NCBI GenBank assembly: GCA_963804955.1
Contig: CAWDSQ010000024.1
Coordinates: 96,001-160,000, forward strand
Direction of reading: 5' to 3'
Length of the DNA: 64,000 nt
Source: an uncultured delta proteobacterium
GTDB lineage: Bacteria; Desulfobacterota; WTBG01; CAIYCZ01; CAIRTM01
The translations under genes and the position numbers were made by a program. Numbering within the stretch: position 1 is the first letter of the stretch; every line of letters starts with the position of its first letter. Shown here one piece after another: positions 33,080 to 43,558 of this stretch. The notes beneath the pieces were generated by a model that saw nothing but the letters and a program-made list of their open reading frames with translations, was not told the DNA's origin and ran no database searches.

Positions 33080-35093
33080 TTGCCCTTGAGCCCTTTAGAA
33101 AATATCATTTTTGCCATCCTCTGTGTTGGTGGCGTACTTTTTTTCCTGAAAAACGTCTTTCGGCTCCTTGCAATGATCTGCCTGGGACGCACTGAAAACA
33201 GATTCGACAACCTCATTGCCCGTTTCACCGGCATGCTGACCTATGGTTTCGGCCAGCTGCGCGTAGTCAGCGAAAAATTCGGGTTCAACCACTTCCTGCT
33301 CTTCTGGGGATTTCTCGTGCTGGTGTGCGTGAACTCGGAATTCTTTATCGCCGGCGTATTCCCCAAATTCAGCTGGGATTTCATCGGCCATACGCCCTGG
33401 GCCCTGGTTCTGGGCCTTGCCGATGTGATGAGCTTTGTTGTGCTGGCATGTGTTTTTGTGGCCCTGTTCCGGCGTTTGATTGTAAAACCCTTTTATATAG
33501 ATTCCACCTATGACGCCTATCTGATCCTGTCGCTGGTCGGCTCGCTCATGATAGCCTACTTCGGCTTGAACGCAGCCGAGGCTTCCATGAAGACCCTTAG
33601 AAACGGTGAATTCATGTTCATCTCTCCCGGGCTGTCAAATATATATGCCGGCATGCCGGTCGAAACCGTGCATGTCTGGGCCCGCGTATTCTGGTGGGCA
33701 CATGCCCTCATACTGCTGTTCTTCCTGAACTATCTGCCCTACAGCAAGCATCTGCATATCCTGACGTCGCTGCCGAACTGCTTTTTCCGCAGTTTCAAGC
33801 CCGTTACAACCGTGCCGCGGCTGACTTTCAAGAGGGGCTTCAAGTTCGGCGTTTCAAAGATAACGCAGTTCCGCTGGAAAGACCTGATGGACTTCACGGC
33901 CTGCACCGAGTGCGGCCGCTGCCAGGCGAACTGCCCGGCCTATCTTACTCAAAAGCCGCTCAATCCGAAAGAAGTCGTGCATAAGGGCAAGCTGAATCTG
34001 TTCGCCAACGGCAATGAGATCATGGCGCATCGCCCTGCAGATATGCTGGCCCCTGCCCCTGAGGACGCAGCAATGTGCGTACCGCTGATTAACGGCCGGG
34101 AAGAAAGCATATCACGGGATGCCATCTGGGCATGCACGACCTGCGGCGCCTGCATGCAGAAATGCCCGGTATTCATCGAGCATGTGCCAAAAATGGTTGA
34201 AATGCGGCGCCACCTGGTGATGGAAAAGTCGGAATTTCCCGAAGAGCTCACCACCTTCTTTGAAAACTCCGAGCAGCGCTCAAACCCCTGGGGCATTGCG
34301 CCTTCCGACCGCGCCAAGTGGACTGTTGATCTCAACGTGCCCGTGCTGGGAGACGGCGTCAAGGCCGAGTATCTGTTCTATGTCGGCTGCGCAGGTGCTT
34401 TTGATTCCCGCGCCCGCCAGGTGACCCATGCAATGACCAAAATCCTCAATGCCGCAGCAGTGAACTGGGCAATACTCGGGAATGAAGAAAAATGCTGCGG
34501 TGATTCGCTGCGCCGCCTGGGCAATGAATTCGTTTTTGAGAAAATGGCCAAAGAAAACATTGCGGTTCTTGAAAAATACGGCATCAAAAAAATCATCACC
34601 TACTGCCCGCACTGCTTCACAACTCTCAAGAACGACTATAAGCAGTTCGGGTTCGACGTTGAAGTCATTCATCACACAACATTTATCAATGACCTCATCA
34701 AGGCAGGCCGAATCAAGGTCGACGCAGGCGCTCTTGCCGGCAAAACCGTGGTGCATGATTCCTGCTATCTTGGCCGCTACAATGATATCTATGAGGCTCC
34801 CCGCTCAATCGTCAAGGCTTGCTCGGGCAAGGCCCCTGCCGAGATGGAGCGCCAGTGGAGAGACAAGCTTCTGCTGCGGCGCAGGCGGCGGCAGAATGTG
34901 GATGGAGGAGCTTATCGGCAAGCGCATTTATATCGAGCGCACGCAGGAAGCCCTCAAGGCAGCCCCTCAAACTATTGCTGTTGCATGCCCCTACTGCATG
35001 ACCATGTTTGAAGACGGCGTCAAGGATGAAAAAGCCTCAGACCGCACGAAGGTCAAAGATGTGGCTGAAATCGTTGCTGCCGCAATGAAGTAA
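33080..35093 (+). CDS. Membrane-bound Fe-S oxidoreductase, ETF:menaquinone oxidoreductase/DUF224-like (frameshift near 34855)
   Basis: NarI-like TM region with His residues, YLPYSKHLH, CTECGRC, CTTCGAC, two CCG domains. Confidence 0.9.
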
Positions 35094-35112
35094 ATAACGC
35101 TGGGAACACTGC

Positions 35113-35144
35113 AAAGGCGGAAGCATAGTGCTTCCGCCTTTTTT
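35113..35144 (+). terminator. etf operon terminator
   Basis: AAAGGCGGAAGC-loop-GCTTCCGCCTTTTTT. Confidence 0.85.
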
Positions 35145-35340
35145 ATTTATTATCTGCTTTATTTTATTCGGAAATTTGTCTATAAAAGGCAGCAAGCCAC
35201 CATCAGAGCGAATGGCTTGCTGCAACCCTGAAAGGGCGCAATCAAAAACACGCAGTGTTTGAGCCGCCTTTCTTCAGAAAACCATAGCCAAAGGCGATAG
35301 TTTTCTGAAAACAATCATGCAAATTCTTTAAGTCATTGCA

Positions 35341-35536
35341 ATGAGTACTGCCATACTAAAAAAACAGCCTGTCATCGACTGCAGAACCGGCTTCCGCTAC
35401 TGTGAAAAGCAGGAGCAGTACATTGCTGCCGAGGTTTGCAAAAAACGCAGCGAAGAAAAAACCTAAATGCTACCGCTGCTATGAAAAATGGCGCCGCACA
35501 AAGAACCAGCCCGGCCTGCCCTTTCTAAAAAAATAG
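35341..35536 (+). CDS. Small Cys-containing protein of about 64 aa (needs -1 correction in the A run at about 35460)
   Basis: MSTAILKKQPVIDCRTGFRYCEKQEQYIAAEVCKKRSEEK / PKCYRCYEKWRRTKNQPGLPFLKK. Confidence 0.45.
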
Positions 35537-35688
35537 CCCCACGCCTGTTAAAAAATTCCGGCTTAATGAATTTTGATACAATCGCGGCCCTGTATCCTCA
35601 GAGAAAGATGGAGAAGGGCATTGCTGATTTATAAATATGCCGGCACGCGCTGTGGAATCTAACAGTTTTTTAAAAAAAACAATAGGGG

Positions 35689-35835
35689 CAGGGTATTAAA
35701 AAATTATCTGATGCAAGGCGTGCGCTGTCTGTTACACCTGCTTGCAGGGAATTATGCAAAATGCGGCGTACTTTCTGTACGCCGCAGTGAAGAACGATGA
35801 CCGGACGCAGCAGATGGGCGTTTTTAAACAGCCTG
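35689..35835. mobile_element. MITE-like element, family 1 copy 2
   Basis: Shares GATGCAAGGC, GGCGTAC...GTACGCCGCAGTGAAG and CAGATGGGCGTTTTT.AACAGCCTG with 15556..15706. Confidence 0.7.
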
Positions 35836-35974
35836 CTCAAGAAAAAAGCCCGGCCACTCTAGGCAGTAGTCAGGCTTATGAGCACCACATCAACAACAGC
35901 AATACAGGAATAACTGCTAACGGGTAATGCGCAGTATGATGGAACAATCGTATGTTTCAAAAATTGAGCAGGTA

Positions 35975-36658
35975 TTATTTGCCAAACACTGATTTCAGAA
36001 CATCGGTTGTTCGTGCCGCAGGATCGGTTCTGATTTTCTTTTCCTCCTGGCCGACCATGACAAATAGCCCGTCCATGGCTTTATTGGTCACGTAATCCTC
36101 AATGTCTATGGATGTTTTAGGAACAAATGGCATAGCATTATATTTTGACATCATACCGTTAAACAGGGCTGTCGTTCCAACCTCTCCCATGCTTGAAGAA
36201 ATAATCGGCTTAAAGGCGCTGAAAATCTTATTGGACGTTTTCCCTTTAAAAAATTCAGTCGCAGCCGTATCACCGCCGCTGTAAATTTTATTTGCATCCT
36301 CAATGCCCATGTCTTTAATGGCGCCGCCGAAAATAGAGGCTGCCTGCGGAGCTGCCTTTTCTGCGGCCCTGTTCATGCTGAGCGTGAAATCATCAACCTG
36401 TTTTTGCATACCGGCTTTTGCCAGAGTATCTGCTACCATTTTCATTTTATCCGGCATCAGAATTTTAATTGCCTGATTGCCCAAATAGCCGTCCGGTTTT
36501 GAAACCATTTGCACTGCTTTTTCCGTACCGATTGACAGAGCCTGCTTGAACCCTGAAACCAGCATGCTTTCTGAAGGTGCTCCATTTTGCGCCTGTGCAT
36601 ACACGAACCATGTCAGACAGCAGAGAGCCAGGGCAGCAACAACAAAAAAATTTTTCAT
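35975..36658 (-). CDS. DUF4197 family exported protein
   Basis: GFKQALSIG, IKILMP, MNRAAEKA, EEKKIRTDPAARTTDVLKSVFG. Confidence 0.9.
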   Translation of the reverse strand: MKNFFVVAALALCCLTWFVYAQAQNGAPSESMLVSGFKQALSIGTEKAVQMVSKPDGYLGNQAIKILMPDKMKMVADTLAKAGMQKQVDDFTLSMNRAAEKAAPQAASIFGGAIKDMGIEDANKIYSGGDTAATEFFKGKTSNKIFSAFKPIISSSMGEVGTTALFNGMMSKYNAMPFVPKTSIDIEDYVTNKAMDGLFVMVGQEEKKIRTDPAARTTDVLKSVFGK

Positions 36659-37028
36659 GGCAATCCTCCTTTCGCTGGAACAATACACTATTTTGATTCT
36701 TTTATTGACTATCGGGACCTGTTGTTTTTTAGCCTGCAGGAGTAGTAAATAAATTGCTTATAAAAGCAGCATTGGTTTTACAGACATCAACTGAAACCCT
36801 CTACCTGCTGTAGGATTTTTATTCATGCTGGAGGGAGAAATCACACTGTATCTTGTACGCCCAGCAGGTTTTTCTCAGCCATTCTGCAAAATTTCATGCT
36901 ATAAAAAAAAGTATAGCATGTTAATATGAATTACGAACAATTAAGTGATAATTTATTTTATACGCTTTTTTGAAAGAAACGCATAGGCTTGGGTTCAGAT
37001 TATAACAACAATACGGGGGAAAGCTATC

Positions 37029-37433
37029 ATGAGCATTATGAAAGAATTTAAGGAATTTGCGGTAAAAGGGAATGTTGTCGATATGGCCGTTGGTATCATT
37101 CTTGGTGCTGCATTTGGTAAAATCGTATCTTCATTTGTAGGGGATGTGATCATGCCTCCAATAGGAGTTCTTTTGGGCGGGGTCGATTTCTCCAATCTGG
37201 CATTTACTGTTAAAGAAGCTGTGGGGGCAGCTCCGGCTGTCGTCATCAGCTATGGAAAATTCATTCAGACGGTTATCGATTTCACGATCATTGCATTCTC
37301 TATTTTCATAGCGGTCAAGGCAATGAACTCACTCAAGCGAAAAGAGGAAGAAACGCCGCAAGCTCCACCGGAGCCATCACCACAAGAAGTATTGCTGGCG
37401 GAAATACGTGATTTACTGAAAGAGAGAAAGTAA
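37029..37433 (+). CDS. mscL: Large-conductance mechanosensitive channel
   Basis: [26 protein letters not shown]. Confidence 0.97.
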   Translation: MSIMKEFKEFAVKGNVVDMAVGIILGAAFGKIVSSFVGDVIMPPIGVLLGGVDFSNLAFTVKEAVGAAPAVVISYGKFIQTVIDFTIIAFSIFIAVKAMNSLKRKEEETPQAPPEPSPQEVLLAEIRDLLKERK

Positions 37434-37480
37434 TTCATACAGCAGTGTCAGCCTGCTGCTTTGTGCGGGAGGGATCTGTC

Positions 37481-38483
37481 TTACTGCCTGAATCCCTGCG
37501 GATGGCCTTCATACCATTTCTGAAGGCTTCTGATGCTTGCCTCAAGGGTTTTTTCGGTCTTCCAGTGAAGGGTTATAGTGGCTTTTTCAGGCTGGGCGTA
37601 GATGCTCGAGTATTCTCCCTTACGGGCTTCCTTCTTGATGAGGGGTATGGAAACGCCGCACACCTCCTGAACTTTCGAGACTATCTGCTTGACGCTGTAG
37701 CCTGTGCCATTGCCGAGATTAAAAATGTCGCTTGCGCCGCCGGCATCGAGATACTCCAGGGCCGCCGCATGAGCCGCTGCAAGGTCCTCGACATCAATAT
37801 AGTCGCGAATCGGCGTGCCGTCAGGCGTATTCACCTTCGGGGCAGGTCAGATAAAAAGGCTCGATATTCATGGCGCCGCGCACCGCGTTCTGCATAAGAA
37901 GCTGCGACGGCCGCTTGCTGTCGCCGATGCGGCCGTCCGAGCTTGCGCCGCAGACATTAAAATAGCGGAGAATGGCATAGGAAATTCCGTGAATATCGCC
38001 ATACCAGCGAATCATCTTTTCTGACAAAAGCTTGCTTTCGCCATAGGGATTCATGGGCTGCAGAGGATGTTTCTCGTCAACAGGCAAATACCGGGACTCG
38101 CCATACACCGCACAGGTTGATGAAAATATAAGTTTTTTCAAACTTTTTTTCCGCATAGCTTCAAGCAGATTATATGTTCCAACCGTATTATTGTAAAAAT
38201 ACAGCTCCGGCTGTTCCATGGATTCGTTGACCAGACACAGAGCGGCAAAATGCATAACAGCGTCGATATCAGTATCTTTCAATACAGCATCTATATCATC
38301 GGGATTTCGCAAATCACCCTGAACAAAGCCGAGCTTCCCATAGGTCTTTAAAACATCAACGGCTTCACTGTAGCCGCGCGAGAGGTTGTCAAAAACAATG
38401 ACCTCGAAACCTTTTTCAAGCAGCAGTTTAACCGCATGACTGCCTATATAGCCGGCGCCGCCGGTAACCACTATTTTTTTCAT
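37481..38483 (-). CDS. galE: UDP-glucose 4-epimerase (frameshift near 37840)
   Basis: [40 protein letters not shown]. Confidence 0.92.
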
Positions 38484-39092
38484 TACACACCCTTCTGCGC
38501 GCCATGTTTTTTTACTTTTGAACCGCTCTGAATGAGCAAGAAAATTGCGCAGCAGCTCTTTCCCGCAGCTTGTCAGCACTGACTCAGGATGAAACTGAAT
38601 TCCTTCAACCGGATACTCGCGATGGCGTATGCCCATGATTTCATCATGATCTGTCCAGGCGCTCACCGTGAAACAGTCCGGCAGGGTTTCTTTTTTAACG
38701 ATGAGCGAATGATAGCGCGTGGCGTTAAAAGGGTTCGGGAGGCCTTTGAACAGATTTTTGCCGTCATGGAAAACAGCAGATGTTTTTCCATGCATGATGC
38801 GCTGTGCCCGCACCACTGCCGCGCCGAAAACCTCACCTATGCACTGATGCCCGAGGCAAACGCCCAGTATGGGATACACGCCCTTGAAGCGGTCAATCAG
38901 CTCTTTGGATATACCGGCATCAATGGGCCTGCCGGGGCCGGGTGAAATGACGATCATCGCAGGCTTGAGCGCGTCAACCTCAGCAAGCGTTATGGCGTCA
39001 TTGCGATACACGCGCACGTTCTGCCCGAGCTCGCCGAAATACTGAACGAGATTATAGGTAAACGAATCATAATTATCTATCATCAAAAGCAT
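38483..39092 (-). CDS. trpG: Anthranilate synthase component II / PabA glutamine amidotransferase
   Basis: [30 protein letters not shown]. Confidence 0.92.
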
Positions 39093-40580
39093 TTACAGTC
39101 CCTCATGAGCCATGGCAATGGCCCGAACCATGGCTTTGGCCTTGTTGACTGTTTCGACATACTCCCGCTCGGGCTTTGAATCCATAACAATGCCGGCGCC
39201 CGCCTGAAAGTATATCTTCCCGTTTTTTATAAACATGGTTCGAATGGTAATGCACAGGTCCATATTGCCTGAAAAGCTGAAATAACCGACAGCGCCCGCA
39301 TACGGGCCCCGCTTCTGCTGTTCAAGCTCTTCAATAATCTCCATGGCTCTTATTTTGGGCGCCCCCGAAACCGTGCCGGCCGGAAAGGTCGCGGCAAACA
39401 GATCAAAGGCATCGCTGCCTTTCATAAGCTGTCCCCTGACGCTTGAAACAAGATGCATAACATGGGAATAACGCTCAACGACCATGAAATCCTCGACACA
39501 CACCGAGCCCAGTGCAGCCACCCGGCCCACATCATTGCGGCCAAGGTCAACCAGCATGATATGCTCTGCTATTTCTTTGGGGTCTCGGCGAAGGTCATCT
39601 TCAAGCTGCCTGTCCTCTTTATCGTCTTTTCCACGAGGGCGGGTTCCGGCGATAGGGCGAACGACAATATCATTTTTCTCCAGCCGCACAAGAACTTCCG
39701 GAGAGGATCCGATAATATAATCCTTGTCCATCCGGATGAAATACATATAGGGTGATGGGTTGACAATACGCAGAGCCCGGTAGAGATTTAACGGGTCTGT
39801 AGCCATATCGGTTTCAAAACGCTGCGAGAGCACAACCTGTATAATATCGCCTGAGCGGATATAGGATTTGGCCCTTTCTACAATCCGTTTAAAATCATCT
39901 TTATGAATATTGGAACTGACCGTGCCGGGCAGGGCCGCCGCGGGTGTTTTATTTTTTCTGACCGGTTTCTGCAGCAGCGCGATAACCTGTTCTATGGTTG
40001 CTACAGCGGATAGATACGCCGCCTGGATATCCCGGTTTTCCTCAACATGCACATTGCAGACTACTTTCATGGTATGCTGAAGATTATCGAAAATCAGCAG
40101 CGTATCGGTGATCATCATGCAGGCATCGTTCCAGACGAGATCATCCCGGGTGGCATCAGGCAGCTGCTCGAAAAACCTGACCATATCATAGCCGATATAG
40201 CCCACCGCCCCCCCGTAAAAACGGGGCAATCCCTTGATTTCAACAGGATGGTAGCAGCGCATAAGCCTGCGCAATTCATCCAGAGGCCGGTCGCAGTCTT
40301 TGTGTTCAACCGAGGCCCCTCTGCGAATAGTGACCCGGCGGCCCTTGCTTTGAAAAATAATTGACGGGTTGATGCCGATGAAGCTGTAGCGGGCCCATTT
40401 TTCACCGCCTTCAATACTTTCCAGAAGAAAGCAATACCTGGATGAGCTCAGCTTCATAAATGCAGAAACAGGAGTTTCCGTATCGGCAATAATTTCCCGG
40501 TACACAGGGATCAGATTGCCCCGATTCGTTTTCCTTGAAAATTCTGCAAAATCAGGAAAATATCGCTGTTTTGGTGCCAT
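39093..40580 (-). CDS. trpE: Anthranilate synthase component I
   Basis: LLES Trp-feedback motif, NPSPYM, EHIMLVDLGRND, GTVSGAPK. Confidence 0.93.
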   Translation of the reverse strand: MAPKQRYFPDFAEFSRKTNRGNLIPVYREIIADTETPVSAFMKLSSSRYCFLLESIEGGEKWARYSFIGINPSIIFQSKGRRVTIRRGASVEHKDCDRPLDELRRLMRCYHPVEIKGLPRFYGGAVGYIGYDMVRFFEQLPDATRDDLVWNDACMMITDTLLIFDNLQHTMKVVCNVHVEENRDIQAAYLSAVATIEQVIALLQKPVRKNKTPAAALPGTVSSNIHKDDFKRIVERAKSYIRSGDIIQVVLSQRFETDMATDPLNLYRALRIVNPSPYMYFIRMDKDYIIGSSPEVLVRLEKNDIVVRPIAGTRPRGKDDKEDRQLEDDLRRDPKEIAEHIMLVDLGRNDVGRVAALGSVCVEDFMVVERYSHVMHLVSSVRGQLMKGSDAFDLFAATFPAGTVSGAPKIRAMEIIEELEQQKRGPYAGAVGYFSFSGNMDLCITIRTMFIKNGKIYFQAGAGIVMDSKPEREYVETVNKAKAMVRAIAMAHEGL

Positions 40581-40919
40581 AGTTCGTCAGGAATAATATG
40601 TACGTTATTTTCAGTTCTGTCCCCATCCGGCAGTCTGCCGCAAGGCATAGACCAGGGGTTTATGTATGTACGCGCTTGATACGCTGATGCTTTTTTTGAA
40701 GGCGCAGTCTGTGGGACGGTAAAAAAACGCCAAAAAAACAAACCGTGCACAATGCTCATGGCAAGCGTTTTTGATTATGTATCATTAATACAATGATCTG
40801 TAAAGATTGATAGTTTTGTAATTCCGCCCGCAGATTTTTTTATTTTAATTTCGGGAAAATATGATACTGTACACAAATTATATTGACATACTATCAACAT
40901 TTAAAAAGGAGCATTACTC

Positions 40920-41549
40920 ATGCGCGTACTTGGATTCCTGGGCAGTCCCCATGTTAACGGAAGATCCGCAAAGCTTCTGAAAAAAGCTCTTGAAGGCGCT
41001 GCAAGCGCGGGCGCAGAAATCAAAGAATTCGATCTTATTAAAATGAACATCAAATACTGCACGGGCTGCGGCGCCTGCTATCTGACAAAGCCCGAATTAA
41101 AAATCGGCAAATGCTCCCTCAAGGATGACGCACCGGCACTTTTCGAGGAGTATGTTGAGGCCGACGGCTATATCTACGCTTCTCCGGTCTACGATATGTT
41201 TATAACCGCTCTCATGAAAACATTTCTTGAGCGCAAAATCATGCTTACCTATCGCCCTAAGGAGGCAGCGGACAAACTTCCCGAATTCACGGTGCTGTGC
41301 CTATTTCAAAAAAAAAGCTTCCCTTATTGTCACGGGAAACTGCGCTGATGAATACCAGGAAGTTATGGGAGACCCCTGCTTTGAAGCCTATCAGGGACAC
41401 TTTATGATCGAGCAGATAGAAACCGTCGACCAGATGTACTGCGGCAGGTGTTGAGACATTGACGGAAGAAGATTTCAATAAAAAGCTTGATGAGGCATTT
41501 CAAATGGGCGTTAGACATTGTGCGGGAAATTGAAAAGTCCCGCCAATAA
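40920..41549 (+). CDS. Iron-sulfur flavoprotein / NADPH-dependent FMN reductase family (frameshifted)
   Basis: GFLGSP, CTGCGAC..C, ASPVY. Confidence 0.85.
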
Positions 41550-41570
41550 AAGATTGCTTGTAAGAAACAG

Positions 41571-41619
41571 AACCAGAACAGGGTGTTGGGCTCGCAGAAC
41601 CCAACACCCTGTTCTGGTT
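41571..41619. repeat. Perfect 20-bp inverted repeat (REP-like or bidirectional terminator)
   Basis: AACCAGAACAGGGTGTTGGG-9 nt-CCCAACACCCTGTTCTGGTT between convergent genes. Confidence 0.8.
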
Positions 41620-41688
41620 TAACGCGTCAATCGATTTTAGAAAAAAAAGCACCCCTTGCAAGGAGTGCTTTTCATAGGCTGGTTGAGC

Positions 41689-41895
41689 TCAGCTGGACTT
41701 GCTTTTTACCTTTACAGCCTGAAGGCCTTTGTTGCCCTGTTCGACATCAAAAGTTACCTCGTCTCCTTCGCTGAGCGAACGGAAGCCACTGCCGTCAATG
41801 GCCGTGAAGTGAACAAAAACGTCACCATGCTCCTGCGACTCGATAAAACCAAACCCCTTTTTGTCATTGAACCATTTTACTCGACCTTCAGACAT
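41689..41895 (-). CDS. Cold-shock protein
   Basis: [15 protein letters not shown] (RNP1), DVFVHF (RNP2). Confidence 0.97.
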   Translation of the reverse strand: MSEGRVKWFNDKKGFGFIESQEHGDVFVHFTAIDGSGFRSLSEGDEVTFDVEQGNKGLQAVKVKSKSS

Positions 41896-42154
41896 GTGTA
41901 AAACCTCCTAAAAAAAATTATAAACTCAGCAGAACATATAGCAGTGATTTTCAGGGCGCATAAAGCTGAACGCACTGTAAAAAAACCAGCATGCCACTCC
42001 TGCTTTCCACAAGACATACCTGAAATGTGCATGTCTTAACTAACTCATAATTCTTCTTGCATCTTTTGTCAAATAATTTTGAAACTGAACATTTTAAAAA
42101 TTTGTTTTACCGTGATCTGCTCAAAAAAAGCGCCGGACCACTCGTGATAAGCGA

Positions 42155-42703
42155 TCAGCCGGGAAACTGTTCGGCATAGCGCTCTCGCCTGAAATGCCTG
42201 CCATGGGCTTCAATTATGGTTGCCAGAGCATGGCACCCCACATACATGCTGAAAGCCTGGCTATTGAGCATGTCCAGAGCAGGAAGACCATGAAAAAGGG
42301 TTTTGCGCATCCTGTGGAGAATGATCAGTAGAGCTAAAACCGTTGATTCAAAATCGGATTTTTTTCCGCACACAACAGCTTCAACAAACTCTTTCTGGCT
42401 TTTCGAATGGAAGCGCAGGATTTTAAAATGCGGGGTAAAGCCCGTTGTTTCGTAATAGCGTTTTTGATAGTACGTGAAGATGCGCTCCAGCTCGGCCCGG
42501 CATCTGCGCCTCTTGACTATTTCAACTGCCAGCTCTTCGAAAATGTTCATATCGGCATGAGAGCTGCACAGCAAACCCTCAAAGACATGCCACATGACTG
42601 TGAAATTTTCTACGGCGTTGAGTGTATCCGGAGTGAAATATGTTGCTGAAGGCACATTTGCAGTAATCCATTCTTTTGCCGAAAAAGTAGAAAAATCAGG
42701 CAC
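42155..42703 (-). CDS. Hypothetical protein with a HEPN-like Rx4H motif
   Basis: AAGGAG RBS and GTG start; FTVMWHVFE and RMRKTLFHG. Confidence 0.55.
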   Translation of the reverse strand: MPDFSTFSAKEWITANVPSATYFTPDTLNAVENFTVMWHVFEGLLCSSHADMNIFEELAVEIVKRRRCRAELERIFTYYQKRYYETTGFTPHFKILRFHSKSQKEFVEAVVCGKKSDFESTVLALLIILHRMRKTLFHGLPALDMLNSQAFSMYVGCHALATIIEAHGRHFRRERYAEQFPG

Positions 42704-42882
42704 GAAGCTCTCCTTTATTAAAAACTTCTATTGCAGCATAAAAAAAACAGTTTTCCACAGCTGCGGATCTGCACGTTCGATCAAAACAACCGTAATAAAC
42801 TAACAGCCCCTTCTTTTCTCTGAAGCTCTACCTTGTGCGTCTTGCAGGCAAAAAACACCTGCATGCGGAGAGCACCATTCCT

Positions 42883-43317
42883 CTACACAATTACCACAGA
42901 ATTTTCGCTGTCGCCATAGGGATTGGTGATATAGGAATCGGCCTCCCAGTCATTCTCCCAGCGGAAGTCATCAATAAGGTAGCGGTACTGGTAGTGCCTG
43001 CCCGGCTCAAGCTCCAGGCAAATGGTAAAATCACCGCTTTTGAGCCGCTTCATGGGATGCGAGTTGATGCTCCAGTTGTTGAAGTCGCCAACAATGCAGA
43101 CCAGTGAAGCACCCGGAGCCGCAAGGCCGGGCAGCACAAATGTGACGCTGCAGGCCTTCTTTGTCTTAAAATACTTTTTCTTGATGCCCGATGCAGGCCC
43201 GGTACTTTTACGGGGCTTCTGGCCGTGCTTAAGCTTACTTTCAACGAAGGTTTTTTGTTTTGAAGCTTTTTTTTGTCTGGATGCGGGTGCTTGTTTTGAT
43301 GGAGTCTTTGTTGTCAT
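42883..43317 (-). CDS. Isoamylase early-set / CBM48 glycogen-binding protein
   Basis: VCIVGDFNNW, YQYRYLID, WENDWEAD, NSVV; basic N-terminal tail. Confidence 0.88.
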   Translation of the reverse strand: MTTKTPSKQAPASRQKKASKQKTFVESKLKHGQKPRKSTGPASGIKKKYFKTKKACSVTFVLPGLAAPGASLVCIVGDFNNWSINSHPMKRLKSGDFTICLELEPGRHYQYRYLIDDFRWENDWEADSYITNPYGDSENSVVIV

Positions 43318-43558
43318 AACGGCCCTCCCCGGCTTGTTATAAACTTTACCTATACGATACTTATAGTATGTGAACAAAAATATCAAATACTTATTACATG
43401 CTAATTGATAGTAAAAAGTGTTTGAAAACTTGATTCAGAATGACACCCAGGCTTTTTTCTACGGCTTGTACCGGGTGCTGTATGCAGGATGATTCATCTT
43501 GAGTTAAAAAGCAGGCCGCGGTATCATCGTGAGAAGATTGACCTGATGCTTGCTGAAT

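Noticed and set aside
37821..39092. Apparent TrpG-GalE fusion protein (423 aa ORF)
   Set aside because: Removing one base from the 7-nt homopolymer at about 38507-38513 gives a trpG stop overlapping the galE start (TAATG). This is most likely an indel artefact.
40581..40760. Trp attenuator leader upstream of trpE
   Set aside because: No short ORF with tandem Trp codons and no terminator/antiterminator pair was seen.
16943..43405. Recurring TTACATGCTAA-like motif at about 16943, 36914 and 43394
   Set aside because: Short and AT-rich, upstream of unrelated genes; probably -10-like promoter sequence rather than a regulon motif.
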